Origin: Nitrospirota bacterium
GTDB taxonomy: Bacteria; Nitrospirota; Thermodesulfovibrionia; Thermodesulfovibrionales; BMS3Bbin05
Length of the DNA stretch: 14,839 bases
Assembly (NCBI GenBank): GCA_020351835.1
Contig: CP070669.1
Coordinates: 2,125,079-2,139,917, forward strand
Reading direction: 5' to 3'
The first letter of the stretch is position 1. The number at the start of each line of letters is the position of its first letter. The notes beneath the pieces were generated by a model. It was given only the letters and a program-made list of their open reading frames with translations, searched no databases and was not told the origin of the DNA. Both the position numbers and the translations under genes were made by a program. Positions 14,562 through 14,839 of this stretch are shown here, in pieces.

Positions 14562-14839
14562 ATGAACCCTTATAAACGTTCGGTGAGGGTCGCAGACCTG
14601 CTTCGTGAGGAGATATCCCTTATCGTTATGAGGCGTATAAAGGACCCCAGGCTGGGTTTCGTGACGGTTACTGCGGTAAAGGTAACTGATGACCTGAAGC
14701 TGGCCAGGGTATATATCAGTGTGATGGATAAGAAGAACGCCGAGAGCTCATTAGAGGTGCTTACTTCAGCAAAAGGGTTCATAAGGTCCGAGCTCTCAAA
14801 GACGGTCAAATTGAAGTACATCCCTCAGCTTGAGTTTTT
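14562..14839 (+). CDS. rbfA: Ribosome-binding factor A (3' end beyond the right edge)
   Basis: Manual translation from the ATG at 14562 gives MNPYKRSVRVADLLREEISLIVMRRIKDPRLGFVTVTAVKVTDDLKLARVYISV..., a typical RbfA sequence. The frame is open to the window end. It is missing from the track because it has no stop. The minus ORF 14570..14821 is its antisense shadow. Confidence 0.88.
   Translation, partial: MNPYKRSVRVADLLREEISLIVMRRIKDPRLGFVTVTAVKVTDDLKLARVYISVMDKKNAESSLEVLTSAKGFIRSELSKTVKLKYIPQLEF

Noticed and set aside
1-14839. Scan for mobile elements, CRISPR arrays, tRNA/rRNA/tmRNA, toxin-antitoxin pairs, and restriction or other defence genes
   Set aside because: I found no transposase, integrase or recombinase motifs, no terminal inverted repeats flanking a block, no regularly spaced direct repeats, no tRNA-like T-arm (GGTTCGAATCC-type) sequences in the intergenic regions, and no nuclease, ATPase or methylase signatures outside the housekeeping genes.

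Overview
Bacterial chromosomal window with moderate GC; I cannot assign a lineage from the sequence alone. Most of it is core housekeeping: polA (-), a CspA-family cold-shock gene, tig-clpP-clpX, an rpmB-DUF721 pair (-) divergent from ylxR, and ylxR-infB-ylxP(DUF503)-rbfA running off the right edge. Two ORFs that touch the window edges are missing from the supplied track: a roughly 50% lysine, histone-H1-like ORF on the minus strand (446 to <1) and rbfA (14562 to >14839). Between csp and tig lies a five-gene, poorly characterised block. It holds a small Cys/His basic protein, an MscS-family channel, a predicted lipoprotein with an internal ~73-aa domain duplication and a ~175-aa hyper-charged E/R/K/D tail, a DUF3786-like protein and a STAS-like protein. 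I found no tRNA/rRNA, CRISPR array, transposase/integrase, toxin-antitoxin pair or recognisable defence gene, and I see no convincing multi-gene novel system. The most unusual items are the polylysine ORF after polA, the duplicated-domain lipoprotein with its charged tail, a terminator-like hairpin inside the csp leader, a perfect 16-bp palindrome between rpmB and ylxR, and an infB operon that lacks rimP-nusA. All functional calls rest on motif recognition by eye; no database search was run.
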